The notes: generated by a model not told the origin, from the sequence alone. A DNA stretch of 44,994 bases from an uncultured Lachnospiraceae bacterium (GCA_945787995.1 CALZKI010000001.1:1-44994); one strand, 5' to 3'. Positions 7,942-20,089 are shown, numbered from the stretch's first letter. A program made the numbers and translations.

Positions 7942-8736
7942 TTACTTCATCTGTAAAAGCTTTTCCAGGGCATGGTCTCCGATCAGGGTATCATAGTGCT
8001 CTGACCAGCCACCCAGTATACCGGTGGGAAAAGGAGCAGGTTTTCCATATTCCGACAGTAGGAAGTATACCTTCTGAAAGTCTGCTATGTCCATTTGTCC
8101 TCTGCAGACATGAAGCAGATAATAGCCGGATTTGGGATCCTTGAAAAGAGCACTGTCTGACACGGAAAGAGTGCCCATAACTTCTGCGGCCTGAATCAGA
8201 TTATCCAGGGACCGAAACGTAAAGAGGACTTCTGTCACTCCGGTTTGAGCCTTTTCTCCCCCGGGAGTAGTGCCCTCTTTATCTGTACCTTGTTCTCCCT
8301 GGGAAGGGGTATCGGCAGGCACTGCTGAAAGGGTACCCTGATTTGATTTTTTGATTGGCTTTTTGGAGGATGCAGGGGCGAAGAAAGGGTAATCTGTGTC
8401 GACTCCTTCTTCAGAATCGTCTTCCCCATATGCATCGTTTTCCATCACCGAAGGTGCAAACTTGGCAAAGCGCGTGTCCAGTTCTTCCGGATCCTCCACT
8501 TTGGTAATGGTGAGTACAATGCACTCGGCATTTAACGGTACCGCCTCAATCATTAAAGGAATATCATCTGCCTCGAAACCGAATTGGTAAGCAGCCTGCT
8601 CCATCATATCCCTAAAAAGTGATTTGGCTTTTTCGGAGCCATAAGCCAGTTCGCTGATTTTCAGCTGACGCTTCTGCAAGTCTGATTTGGTCAGAGTGCA
8701 CCGGATTTGATTTTCGTTGATTTTTTCTATTTTCAT
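7942..8736 (-). CDS. mecA: ClpC adaptor protein MecA
   Basis: MKIEKINENQIRCTLTKSDL N-terminal MecA domain, acidic linker, C-terminal LSEYG...EHY..LI. Confidence 0.9.
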   Translation of the reverse strand: MKIEKINENQIRCTLTKSDLQKRQLKISELAYGSEKAKSLFRDMMEQAAYQFGFEADDIPLMIEAVPLNAECIVLTITKVEDPEELDTRFAKFAPSVMENDAYGEDDSEEGVDTDYPFFAPASSKKPIKKSNQGTLSAVPADTPSQGEQGTDKEGTTPGGEKAQTGVTEVLFTFRSLDNLIQAAEVMGTLSVSDSALFKDPKSGYYLLHVCRGQMDIADFQKVYFLLSEYGKPAPFPTGILGGWSEHYDTLIGDHALEKLLQMK

Positions 8737-8818
8737 GGATAAAACCTCATACTGTGTCGATCAGGACTCTGCGAAAAAAGCAGATTCTGAAAAGTTTTGG
8801 CATAATCAAGTTGAGAGT

Positions 8819-8847
8819 ATCTTATACTTTGTGCAATTTACAGTCAA
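8819..8847 (-). promoter_or_regulatory. Putative sigma-A promoter of mecA
   Basis: Minus strand TTGACT-N17-TAAGAT. Confidence 0.6.
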
Positions 8848-8856
8848 GAGAAGAAG

Positions 8857-9020
8857 CCTGTTTTCGCAGGGGAACGTTCCTCGATATCTAATCGGATTGC
8901 ATGTCTCTGTGCAAAACAGAGAAAATGACTGCCGCCTCTTGCAACGTCCTTGCCATCCACTTATAATGATACCCAGGATGTGATCGGTAATCCGCAACAG
9001 AAGGAGGATCGCCGTTTTTC
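8857..9020 (+). ncRNA. Candidate structured non-coding RNA, family not identified
   Basis: Nested pairings GGGAACG/CGTTTTT, TCCTC/GAGGA and CGGATTGC/GTAATCCG enclose hairpins TCTCTGT-GCAAA-ACAGAGA and ACGTCCT...AGGATGT; G-U pairs mostly favour the plus strand. Confidence 0.35.
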
Positions 9021-9396
9021 TTACTTAATAATCTATTATCTAATGTTTCCTGTGATAACTTAGGGTTATTTGATGGCTTTATGGTTATTATAGGAATGTC
9101 TGACAGACTTTTATGTGTCTGATCATACAAAAAATCCCATTTATATCACAAAAATAATTCACAATAACCGTTCAAACACATTTTTGCTAATCGCAACGTT
9201 GCACGCCGGCACATCTGATTCGCTTTACAGGTTGAAAAATTTTATATCACGAATGCCTTTTGGAACGACCGGGGCGAATGTAAGGACTTTTTTGAAAGAA
9301 AGTCTTCTATCTAAAGAGTGGAGGACTGGCTGCCTTTGATCAGTAGGAGGCCCCCTATGCAGGGCAGCCGGGAACCTCCTTCAGGTGATTCCATCA

Positions 9397-9425
9397 TAGA
9401 CTGAAATCAAATCTTTTGATATAAT
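9397..9425 (+). promoter_or_regulatory. Putative sigma-A promoter with extended -10 for the GH18 gene
   Basis: TAGACT-N17-TATAAT preceded by TGn. Confidence 0.6.
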
Positions 9426-9443
9426 GTGTAGGATTGGAGGCTT

Positions 9444-11141
9444 ATGACGATGAAAAAAATTATTCCCGCCTTAGTGGCAATCGTTTTGATTGGACTTATT
9501 GCAGTCTTTGGTCTGGGCTGGCAGTTTGTGGAGAAGTATACTTATTCGAATGAACAGGCGGATCTTACAGAGTATTTTAAATTGCAGGCAGAAGATGATG
9601 TGGCTATTATCCTGCAAAATGAAAGAATAGAGGAGAAGGCAAAACTGATTGATGGAGTGTGCTATGTGGATCTGGACCTGGTGCACACTTATTTCAATAC
9701 CAGATTTTACGAGGATAAAGAGGAGTCTCTGGTACTTTATACCACCCCGGACACGATTATCCGGGCAACCGTTGGGGAGTATTCCTATAAGGTTGGTGAC
9801 CAACAGATCCAGAGGGGCTATGCACCTGCCTTGTATCAGGGCGATACTTTGTACCTGGCAATGGATTTTGTGAAAGAATACACCAATTTTTCTTATGAGC
9901 TGTTTCAGGACCCTAACCGGGTTCAGATTTATACCCAATGGGAACCAAGAACCGTTGTAAAGTTAAAAAAGAAAACCGCACTGCGGTATCAGGGAGGCGT
10001 AAAGAGTCCGATCCTTGCCGAACTGACCAAGGAAGACAAGCTGTATGTGTTGGATGAAATGGAAACCTGGACCAAGGTGAAGACACAGGATGGGCTGATC
10101 GGATACGTGGAAAATAAGAAATTGGGAGAGCAATCCACGGAAGACCCCATTCCCGTTACCGACTATGTAGAGCCGGAATACACATCCATCCATAAGGATT
10201 ATAAGATCAACCTGGCATGGCATGCTGTTGCAGGGACAGGCGGAAATGATACCTTTGATTCGCTTGTGGCAAATACAAAGGGATTAACCACCATCTCTCC
10301 AACCTGGTTCTACCTGAAGGATAATGAAGGTAACATTGAAAGCTTTGCCAGTGAAACATACGTGAATAAAGCACATGAACGAGGATTGGAAGTGTGGGGG
10401 CTTGTGGAAAATATGACCGGAACGGACGTATCAACCTTTGAAGTCCTGTCGGCGACTACCAGAAGAACCAACCTGATCCGGAATCTGATGGACCAGGCAC
10501 TGACTTATCACCTGGACGGAATCAATGTGGACTTTGAAAGCCTGAGCACGGATACCGGTGAGCATTTTGTTCAGTTCCTGAGAGAATTGTCGATTGCCTG
10601 CAGAAAAGAAGGTATTGTGCTGTCGGTGGATAACTATGTACCTATCGGGAACACAAATCATTACAATAGAAAAGAACAGGGCGTGGTAGCCGATTATGTG
10701 ATCATTATGGGCTACGATGAGCATTACAGGGGATCGGAAGAGGCCGGATCCGTTGCTTCCATCGGTTTTGTGGAGAACGGTATTAAGAAGACCCTGGAGG
10801 AGGTTCCCGCAGAGAAGGTGATCAATGCAATTCCCTTCTATACAAGGATTTGGGACACCACCGGCGGAACTGTGGAGAGCCAGGCCGTGGGTATGGATCT
10901 GGCAGAGGAATATATCAAAAATCATAACATTACTACCGTATGGGACGAAGAAACCTGTCAGAACTACGGAACCTATGAAAGCGGCGGAACCAAGCATGAG
11001 GTTTGGCTGGAAGACGCAGAATCCATTCGGGTAAAATTAAATGTGATGGAGGCAAACGGTATAGCCGGCGTAGCATGCTGGAAGCTGGGGTATGAAAAAC
11101 CCGAAATATGGGATGTGATTGCAGAATATCTTGAAAAATAA
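9444..11141 (+). CDS. Membrane-anchored glycoside hydrolase family 18 protein with SH3-like domain (chitinase / cortex-lytic-like)
   Basis: N-terminal TM helix; SH3b-like WTKVKTQDGLIGYV; GH18 motifs ISPTWF, LDGINVDFE, IMGYDEH, AIPFYTR, WKLG. Confidence 0.88.
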   Translation: MTMKKIIPALVAIVLIGLIAVFGLGWQFVEKYTYSNEQADLTEYFKLQAEDDVAIILQNERIEEKAKLIDGVCYVDLDLVHTYFNTRFYEDKEESLVLYTTPDTIIRATVGEYSYKVGDQQIQRGYAPALYQGDTLYLAMDFVKEYTNFSYELFQDPNRVQIYTQWEPRTVVKLKKKTALRYQGGVKSPILAELTKEDKLYVLDEMETWTKVKTQDGLIGYVENKKLGEQSTEDPIPVTDYVEPEYTSIHKDYKINLAWHAVAGTGGNDTFDSLVANTKGLTTISPTWFYLKDNEGNIESFASETYVNKAHERGLEVWGLVENMTGTDVSTFEVLSATTRRTNLIRNLMDQALTYHLDGINVDFESLSTDTGEHFVQFLRELSIACRKEGIVLSVDNYVPIGNTNHYNRKEQGVVADYVIIMGYDEHYRGSEEAGSVASIGFVENGIKKTLEEVPAEKVINAIPFYTRIWDTTGGTVESQAVGMDLAEEYIKNHNITTVWDEETCQNYGTYESGGTKHEVWLEDAESIRVKLNVMEANGIAGVACWKLGYEKPEIWDVIAEYLEK

Positions 11142-11185
11142 ATTCATATATATAGGATGATATCATCAAATTCGGATGTTCCTAT

Positions 11186-11914
11186 ATGAAACGATTCATC
11201 CTGCTTAAGTGGACCCTGTATTTTCTGGCACTTGTGCTGCTGTACCGACTGGGAGGGCTGGTTGCCTTTTATGTGGAAACCTTTTCCGGGGAAACGGCCG
11301 GAAAGGATGTCTGTGTGGTAGTCGTTGATCCGGGACACGGCGGACCGGATCCGGGCAAGGTGGGCACGAGAACAATGGGGGATGATACGGAGGTTCTGGA
11401 GAAGGATGTGAATCTTCAGATTGCACGGAAACTGAAAACCTTTCTGGAACAGGGAGGCATCCAGGTGCATATGACCAGGGAAGAGGATGTGGATTTATCT
11501 TCTCAAGGAGGTGCATCGGCAGGCTCACGGAAGAAAGCCAGTGACATGTCTGCCCGGGTGGCCATGATAAACGCCTTGAAACCGGATTTGACAGTGAGCA
11601 TTCATCAGAACAGTTTTCCCCAACAGAATATAAGTGGAGGACAGATTTTTTACCACAGAGGCAGTGAGGCGGGAAAGGCTGCTGCAGCTATACTGCAGAA
11701 GGCAATTGGTGAACTGCAGACGGAAAATCATCGCCAACCCAAAGCAAACGATGACTATTATCTGCTGGTGCATACCGATACGCCTACAGTCATCGCAGAA
11801 TGCGGATTTCTGACCAATCCGGAGGAATGTGAACTGCTTTGTGATGAAGAATACCAGGAGCAATTGGCCTGGAAGCTATATATGGGGATTGTACGATATC
11901 TCAGAAAGAGGTAA
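11186..11914 (+). CDS. N-acetylmuramoyl-L-alanine amidase (Amidase_3, CwlD-like)
   Basis: VVVDPGHGGPDPG, EKDVNL, SIHQNS, VIAECGFLTN; N-terminal signal or TM segment. Confidence 0.9.
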   Translation: MKRFILLKWTLYFLALVLLYRLGGLVAFYVETFSGETAGKDVCVVVVDPGHGGPDPGKVGTRTMGDDTEVLEKDVNLQIARKLKTFLEQGGIQVHMTREEDVDLSSQGGASAGSRKKASDMSARVAMINALKPDLTVSIHQNSFPQQNISGGQIFYHRGSEAGKAAAAILQKAIGELQTENHRQPKANDDYYLLVHTDTPTVIAECGFLTNPEECELLCDEEYQEQLAWKLYMGIVRYLRKR

Positions 11915-11924
11915 AACAATCATT

Positions 11925-12995
11925 ATGAATACTGTTATTTATCAGATAAAAGATACCATAGAAGATGCCAAAAGCTTAACGGAAGCCGGAAGAATCATTC
12001 GGGAAGGGGGATTGGTTGCGTTTCCTACCGAAACCGTTTATGGGTTGGGAGGAGATGCCCTAAGTCCTGCCTCTTCCAGAAAGATATATGCGGCAAAGGG
12101 ACGCCCTTCTGACAATCCTTTGATCGTGCATATCGCAAACATCGAAGACTTGGAACCTATCACTGCAGATATTCCGGAGGCGGGCAGGAAGCTGGCGGAT
12201 GCATTCTGGCCGGGACCTCTGACCATGATATTCAGAAAGTCGGAGAAAGTGCCGAAAGAAACCACAGGAGGACTGGATACGGTGGCGGTACGCATGCCCT
12301 CTGATCCGGTGGCCCTGGCTTTTATTCGGGAGGCCGGCGGATATGTGGCGGCACCCAGTGCAAACCTTTCCGGGAAACCCAGTCCAACCAGTGCAAAATA
12401 TGTCATTCAGGATATGGATGGGAAGATTGAGATGATTCTGGACGGTGGGGATGTAGAGATCGGTCTGGAATCTACCATTGTGGATCTGACAGAGGAAACT
12501 CCTACCATTTTGCGACCCGGATATGTGACAAAGGAGATGTTGGAACAGGTACTTGGGACTGTGGATGCTGACCGAACTATGATGGAAAAGGATACCGGTG
12601 TGGCGCCAAAGGCACCCGGTATGAAATACAGACATTATGCACCAAAAGGAGATTTGGTTATTGTAGAAGGAGACAGTGCCTGCGTAGTTGACTACATCAA
12701 TGAGCAGACAGGCCTTCTGGAAAAACAGGGCGAGAAGGTGGCTGTGATCGGTACAGAGGAAACAAAAATGCTGTATCATGCCGAAATCGTAAAAAGCGTT
12801 GGCAGCAGAAACAGAGAGGAAACCATCGCCCATACCCTGTATCGTGTGTTGCGGGAGTTTGATGATATGGATGTGACACGTATCTTTTCGGAATCCTTCG
12901 ATACCACGGGAATGGGACAGGCTATTATGAACAGACTGCTGAAGGCGGCCGGTCATAAAGTGATTCATCTTTGTCGGAGTACAAACTCTGACTGA
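11925..12995 (+). CDS. sua5: L-threonylcarbamoyladenylate synthase (Sua5 type)
   Basis: VAFPTETVYGLG, KGRPSDNPLIVH, AAPSANLSGKPSPT, APGMKYRHYAP; start placed after GAGG at ATG 11925. Confidence 0.95.
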   Translation: MNTVIYQIKDTIEDAKSLTEAGRIIREGGLVAFPTETVYGLGGDALSPASSRKIYAAKGRPSDNPLIVHIANIEDLEPITADIPEAGRKLADAFWPGPLTMIFRKSEKVPKETTGGLDTVAVRMPSDPVALAFIREAGGYVAAPSANLSGKPSPTSAKYVIQDMDGKIEMILDGGDVEIGLESTIVDLTEETPTILRPGYVTKEMLEQVLGTVDADRTMMEKDTGVAPKAPGMKYRHYAPKGDLVIVEGDSACVVDYINEQTGLLEKQGEKVAVIGTEETKMLYHAEIVKSVGSRNREETIAHTLYRVLREFDDMDVTRIFSESFDTTGMGQAIMNRLLKAAGHKVIHLCRSTNSD

Positions 12996-13027
12996 GACTA
13001 CATATTACATATAAGGAGGAACAGAAC

Positions 13028-13456
13028 ATGATAGCAATCGGAAGTGACCATGGAGGATTTGCATTAAAAGAGCTGGTGATCAAACATTTGCAGGAAAAAG
13101 GTGTGGAGGTGAAAGACTGCGGATGCTATGATAAAAGCTCCGTAGATTATCCGGTTTACGGAAAGGCTGTGGCACAGTCAGTGGTAGATGGAGAGTGCGA
13201 AAAGGGTATCGTAATCTGTACAACGGGTATCGGCATTTCCATCACTGCAAACAAATTCAAGGGAATCAGATGTGCCCTCTGTGCAGATACATTATCCGCA
13301 CAGTTAACCAGACTGCATAACGATGCAAATGTACTTGCCATGGGGGCGGGTATCGTTGGCCCTAATCTGGCAATCAATATTGTGGATACATTTTTGGGAA
13401 CGGAATTCTCCGGAGAAGAACGTCATCAGAGAAGAATTGACCAGATAGAGAATTAA
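13028..13456 (+). CDS. rpiB: Ribose 5-phosphate isomerase B
   Basis: IAIGSDHGG, VDYP, ICTTGIG, HNDANVL, RHQRRI. Confidence 0.95.
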   Translation: MIAIGSDHGGFALKELVIKHLQEKGVEVKDCGCYDKSSVDYPVYGKAVAQSVVDGECEKGIVICTTGIGISITANKFKGIRCALCADTLSAQLTRLHNDANVLAMGAGIVGPNLAINIVDTFLGTEFSGEERHQRRIDQIEN

Positions 13457-13512
13457 CTTTGGAGATTGCGTTTGCGGATGAGTCAACGCAGGCGGAATGA
13501 GGCATACATACT

Positions 13513-14715
13513 ATGAGATTATTTCGGGCTTTTCTAAAGCTGTGCTGTGGCGCCGTGCTGATATCAGTACTGTTCGCCTTGCCGGTACAGGCCACAGAAG
13601 AAACCAAAAACAAACTGAATCAGGCTCAGAACGAGAAGACGGAAAAAGAAGATCAGCTGAATGATACAAAGAACCAGATTACCACTATGAATCAGGAGAA
13701 GGATTCTCTCACAGGCACTCTTCATCAGCTCAACAACCAGCTTTCAGAAGTAAGCAATAACCTGGGTGAGCTGGAGGAGGACATTGATGAGAAACAGGGT
13801 GAGATCGATGTGACGCTGGAAGAAATAGAGGATACCAAGGCAAAGGTTGCCGATGCAAAAGCTACCGTAGAGGATCAGTACGAAACCATGAAGAAACAGT
13901 TTCGCTTCATCTATGAGCGTGGTGATTCTTTGTATCTGGAACTGCTTTTTTCTTCCGGAACGTTTGGAAGCGCATTAAATAAGGCTGATTATATGGAGCA
14001 GTTGTCCAGATATCAGAAAAAAATGCTGGAGCAATACCGGCAGGCTCAGGCTGATCTGGAAGAACAACAGCGGCTTCTGGAAGAACAACAGGTCAAACTG
14101 GAGGAGGAACAGGCACAGCTGAATGAATATCATGCAAAGGTGTCTGCGGAACAAAGCAAGATTTCCGGTATGGTTAGTTCTACCAGCAGCAGTATCAAGT
14201 CCTATGCAAATCAAATCTCCCAGGCGGAGGCAGATGCCAAAACCTACGAGGAAGAGATCAGGCAAAAAGAACAGGAAATCGCCGAATTAAAGAAGCAGTT
14301 GGCGGAAGAGGAACGTATGATTCAATTGGCTGCAGCCTCCAGCTGGAGAGATTTGTCGGAGATCACTTTTGCGGAAAACGACAGATATTTGCTGGCCAAT
14401 CTGATTTACTGCGAAGCCGGCGGAGAACCTTACATAGGAAAGGTAGCGGTGGGAGCGGTTGTGATGAATCGCCTGATGAGTTCCGTTTATCCGGATACGG
14501 TGGTAGGTGTCATATATCAGAATAAACAGTTTTCACCTGTGGCCAGCGGAAGACTGGCTCTGGCATTGGCTGAGAACCGTGCTACCCAGGCGTGCTATGA
14601 GGCAGCAGATGCAGCCATGAGTGGAACCACACCGGTTTCCAATTGCTTGTATTTCAGAACGCCGATTGAACAGGTGACGCCAAGATATACCATTGGTGGA
14701 CATATATTCTATTAA
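13513..14715 (+). CDS. Secreted cell wall hydrolase: signal peptide, long coiled coil and SleB/Hydrolase_2 domain
   Basis: LLANLIYCEAGGEPYIGKVAVGAVVMNR, VIYQNKQFSPV, IGGHIFY. Confidence 0.88.
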   Translation: MRLFRAFLKLCCGAVLISVLFALPVQATEETKNKLNQAQNEKTEKEDQLNDTKNQITTMNQEKDSLTGTLHQLNNQLSEVSNNLGELEEDIDEKQGEIDVTLEEIEDTKAKVADAKATVEDQYETMKKQFRFIYERGDSLYLELLFSSGTFGSALNKADYMEQLSRYQKKMLEQYRQAQADLEEQQRLLEEQQVKLEEEQAQLNEYHAKVSAEQSKISGMVSSTSSSIKSYANQISQAEADAKTYEEEIRQKEQEIAELKKQLAEEERMIQLAAASSWRDLSEITFAENDRYLLANLIYCEAGGEPYIGKVAVGAVVMNRLMSSVYPDTVVGVIYQNKQFSPVASGRLALALAENRATQACYEAADAAMSGTTPVSNCLYFRTPIEQVTPRYTIGGHIFY

Positions 14716-14750
14716 AAAACCCAACAGGCGATTTACGTCTGTTGGGTTTT
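14716..14750. terminator. Bidirectional intrinsic terminator
   Basis: AAAACCCAACAGGCG-ATTTA-CGTCTGTTGGGTTTT between convergent genes. Confidence 0.8.
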
Positions 14751-14778
14751 GGTGTGTACCTTGCGAAACACAATTCTA

Positions 14779-15258
14779 TCAGTTTAATAACGCCTCAATC
14801 TGCTCTGTCAGGGTGTGGAACTGACCTGCATAGATCAAGGATAATAGCCGGTTCAATTTGAGTAACGAGTCTGATAATTGTTCGTTTGTTATCTTTCCTT
14901 CCTGTAGTGCCTGCACCAGTTCATCAAGATCTACTACTTTTACAAAACCATCAGGATATACAATCACATCAGCAAGCAAATCCACGGAAGTGAGAGTATT
15001 GGTGGGGGCATTATATTCATAGGTTACGATGTCACAGTACCAGAAAATGAGAGAACCGTCCTGCTTCATAAACTTGCTCACCTTGATACCCTCCTGCAGC
15101 AGGTACATGGAGTATCCGTGATGGAGGTCTTTTTTGGGGTGCAATGCCTGCCAGGAGGTGATGATGCGGTTTTGATCCGCGGAAAGGATGATGTCATCTT
15201 TCAGTAAGATGCATTCTTCGGGAATAAGTCGTTTGCGATAAAGCGTCAGCCTGTCCAT
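14779..15258 (-). CDS. DUF402 domain protein
   Basis: WYCDI and DLLADVIVYPDG..KVVDLDEL motifs; GGAGG RBS. Confidence 0.8.
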   Translation of the reverse strand: MDRLTLYRKRLIPEECILLKDDIILSADQNRIITSWQALHPKKDLHHGYSMYLLQEGIKVSKFMKQDGSLIFWYCDIVTYEYNAPTNTLTSVDLLADVIVYPDGFVKVVDLDELVQALQEGKITNEQLSDSLLKLNRLLSLIYAGQFHTLTEQIEALLN

Positions 15259-15438
15259 GATTCTTGCCCTCCTGTCATGTGGTTGTTGTATTCCACGTTA
15301 CTATCCGAATTTGGAAAAGTCAATTGTAAAAGGTGCGTAAAATGACATTTTTTGCGACCTTTTTTCTGCCGGTAACAGAATGCACCAAGAAACAGTAAAA
15401 AATGTGTCTTATATAGATACAAAAGTAGCGGAATAAGG

Positions 15439-15467
15439 TAGACATTTTGCCCTAAAATGGATATAAT
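15439..15467 (+). promoter_or_regulatory. Putative sigma-A promoter of the atp operon
   Basis: TAGACA-N17-TATAAT. Confidence 0.6.
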
Positions 15468-15520
15468 TTTTTTATTGTGTGGCATTATGCGCCTATCCCT
15501 TTTGAGAGAAGGTTCCGTAT

Positions 15521-15820
15521 ATGAAATATCAACGAAATGTACACCAGGCTGCCATGATGATTACCCAATTCGGCATCCATATGCTGGTTCCTATTTTTGC
15601 CTGCACGTTTCTGGGAATTTGGCTGGATAAGAAGTTCGGAACAAGCTGGATTATGGTGGTGCTGTTTTTCGTCGGAGCACTGGCCGGCGGAAGAAATGTG
15701 TTCCTGTTTGCAAGGAAAATTTATGCAATGGACGGAGACAAACGAAATCGGGATATTGCCCATGGCAATGAGATAGAACCGGTTGAAAAAATCGGAAAAC
15801 CGGAAGAAAAAGAGAAGTAA
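15521..15820 (+). CDS. AtpZ/AtpQ-family ATP synthase accessory membrane protein
   Basis: Two TM helices around GIWLDKKFGT; first gene of the atp operon. Confidence 0.8.
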   Translation: MKYQRNVHQAAMMITQFGIHMLVPIFACTFLGIWLDKKFGTSWIMVVLFFVGALAGGRNVFLFARKIYAMDGDKRNRDIAHGNEIEPVEKIGKPEEKEK

Positions 15821-15842
15821 CAGAAGAAAAGAAAGAATAGAT

Positions 15843-16262
15843 ATGAAGCACAAAAAAATAGATCAGACATCCTATAAGACTGTGGTGGAAATGTGGGTTG
15901 GCGAGTGGATCTTTCTTGTGATTTGCGAATGTGCCGGATTCTTTTTTGCCGGAAGTAATCTGGTTAGTTATTCCGTGGGACTATTATGCGGTGTGCTGTT
16001 AGCCATGGCGGCGACCTACCATATGTGGTGGGTGCTGGATCGGGCTCTTGATTTCGATGAAAAGACAGCACAGAAGATGATAAGTACCAAATATCTGGTC
16101 CGCTATTTCGCTGTGATCCTATTGCTTCTGGTTCTGTGGGCAACCAAGATCGGTAATCCCTTTGCAGCGTTTCTGGGTTATATGGGATTGAAAGTAGGGG
16201 CGTACTTACAGCCTCTGGTGGATAAAATTTATCGAATAGTAATGAGAAAAGGGGGTGAATAA
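15843..16262 (+). CDS. atpI: ATP synthase subunit I
   Basis: Four-TM protein immediately upstream of atpB; YLVRY and NPFAAFLG segments. Confidence 0.75.
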   Translation: MKHKKIDQTSYKTVVEMWVGEWIFLVICECAGFFFAGSNLVSYSVGLLCGVLLAMAATYHMWWVLDRALDFDEKTAQKMISTKYLVRYFAVILLLLVLWATKIGNPFAAFLGYMGLKVGAYLQPLVDKIYRIVMRKGGE

Positions 16263-16988
16263 ATGGGACAAAGTATTTTACTGTCTGAAGCAGCTGATAT
16301 TGACTTTATGGTCCACGGCGTATTCTCTTATGAATTGTTCGGACAGACCCTGTGGATTACCACCACACATGTGTGTCTGTTGATTGTCATGCTGGTGATC
16401 ATGGGCTTCTGCATCGCAGCAGGCATGTGTATGAAGAAAGCGTCAGAGGTACCCGGGGTTTTTCAGAATATCGTAGAACTGGTGGTGGAACTGCTGGATG
16501 GTATGTCCGGAAACGTTATGGGTAAATATTCTTTCAAGTTCCGCAATTACATCGGAACCATATTTATCTTTATCTTTTTGAGTAACATTTCCGGTTTGTT
16601 TGGACTTAGACCACCTACAGCCGACTATGGTGTAACCTTTGCACTGGGTATCATCACATTTGTATTGATTCATTACAATCAGTTCAAATATCAGAAGGTA
16701 TCGGGAGTCATCAAGGGATTATGCGATCCCTGGCCAATCTGGGCACCCATTAACATTATCGGTGATCTGGCTGTGCCTATTTCGTTATCTTTGCGTTTGT
16801 TTGCAAATGTCCTGTCAGGCGTTGTTATGATGGCGTTAATCTACGGATTGTTGTCGAAAATCGCAATCGTCTGGCCGGCAGCACTGCATGTTTATTTTGA
16901 CCTGTTTTCAGGTGCCATACAGACATATGTATTCTGTATGTTAACGATGACATATATCACAAATGCTTGTACAACCGACGAAGCGTAA
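16263..16988 (+). CDS. atpB: F0 subunit a
   Basis: PPTAD, PISLSLRLFANVLSG, IQTYVF. Confidence 0.95.
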   Translation: MGQSILLSEAADIDFMVHGVFSYELFGQTLWITTTHVCLLIVMLVIMGFCIAAGMCMKKASEVPGVFQNIVELVVELLDGMSGNVMGKYSFKFRNYIGTIFIFIFLSNISGLFGLRPPTADYGVTFALGIITFVLIHYNQFKYQKVSGVIKGLCDPWPIWAPINIIGDLAVPISLSLRLFANVLSGVVMMALIYGLLSKIAIVWPAALHVYFDLFSGAIQTYVFCMLTMTYITNACTTDEA

Positions 16989-17082
16989 ATGCTCTCTTTT
17001 CGAAATGACAAAGGGATATGGGGGCTTTTCGACAAGTCAAAACAAAAGAATCAAAAGGATTCATAAAACTAGGAGGAACTAA

Positions 17083-17340
<258 letters not shown>

Positions 17341-17373
17341 TCCACAGAGAAGAACAGAAAGGAGTCATAATCC

Positions 17374-17889
17374 ATGACAAGATTATTTGATCTGGATTTT
17401 CAGCTTCTGGCAGATGCTTTTCTGATGATGATTGCTATTTTTGCTTTATTCCTTGTAGCTTCCTACTTCTTGTTTAATCCCGTAAGGGAGATGCTGGAGA
17501 AGCGTAAAGACAAGATTGCCGGTGAGCTGAGTCAGGCTGCCAGTGATAAAGAACAGGCAGCGGCTCTGAAGGCAGAGTATGAAGCAAAACTGAAGGGTAT
17601 CGATAAAGAAGCGGAAGAGATTCTGGCAGACGCAAGGAAAAGAGCGTTGGAAAACGAAAGCAGAATCGTAAGCGAAGCAAAAGAAGAAGCTTTACGTATC
17701 AGAGAACGTGCTGAAAAAGAAGCTGAGCTGGAAAAGAAGAAGGCTGCTGATGAAGTGAAGCGTGAAATGGTAGTTCTTGCATCTCTGATGGCGGGAAAAG
17801 TTGTAAAGGAATCCATCGATACAACTGTGCAGGAGCAAATGGTTGAAGATACTCTGAAGGAGATTAACCACAGCACATGGCTAAGCTGA
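17374..17889 (+). CDS. atpF: F0 subunit b
   Basis: N-terminal TM helix followed by a charged coiled coil; operon position. Confidence 0.93.
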   Translation: MTRLFDLDFQLLADAFLMMIAIFALFLVASYFLFNPVREMLEKRKDKIAGELSQAASDKEQAAALKAEYEAKLKGIDKEAEEILADARKRALENESRIVSEAKEEALRIRERAEKEAELEKKKAADEVKREMVVLASLMAGKVVKESIDTTVQEQMVEDTLKEINHSTWLS

Positions 17890-18422
17890 TTTCCAAAACA
17901 TATGCAGATGCGCTATTTGATATTGCCATCGAAGAGAATCAGGTAGACGCGTTGGAAAAAGAAGTCACACTGCTCTGTCAGGTTCTGCAGGAGAATCCGG
18001 AGTTATCTTCTCTGATGAATCATCCTCAGATTCTGAAGGAAGAAAAGGTGAAGGTTGCGGAAGAAATCTTCAAGAACCGTATCAGTGATGAACTGTTAGG
18101 ACTGCTCAGAATGATTATTCTGAAGGACCGTTATCGTGAGCTGGATGCTGTATTGAACCAGTTTTTGTGCAGTGTGAAGGAATATAAAGGAATCGGCGTT
18201 GCACAGGTAACTTCTGCAAGTGTGTTAACAGAGGCACAAAAGAAGGCGGTAGAGGACAAGCTGCTTGAGACTACCGCTTACGATTCCATGGAAATGCACT
18301 ATACCGTAGATGCGTCCTTAATTGGGGGCCTGGTCATCCGTATCGGAGACAGAGTGGTAGACAGCAGCGTGAAGACAAAGCTGGATGTGCTGACCAAAGA
18401 TTTGCTAAAAGTACAAGTTTAG
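17877..18422 (+). CDS. atpH: F1 subunit delta
   Basis: YADALF, LIGGLVIRIGDRVVDSSVKTKL. Confidence 0.95.
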   Translation: MAKLISKTYADALFDIAIEENQVDALEKEVTLLCQVLQENPELSSLMNHPQILKEEKVKVAEEIFKNRISDELLGLLRMIILKDRYRELDAVLNQFLCSVKEYKGIGVAQVTSASVLTEAQKKAVEDKLLETTAYDSMEMHYTVDASLIGGLVIRIGDRVVDSSVKTKLDVLTKDLLKVQV

Positions 18423-18513
18423 GTACGAAATGATAATTCAGAGCAGGTTGTAAAAACTTCCGCTCTGAATGCATATATCTATTCGGAGTCCACAGAATTT
18501 GGAGAGGCTTTGA

Positions 18514-20061
<1,548 letters not shown>

Positions 20062-20089
20062 AAGCCGACAGAAAGAGAGGATTACTGAT

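Noticed and set aside
12060-12968. 302-aa minus-strand ORF
   Set aside because: Antisense shadow of sua5.
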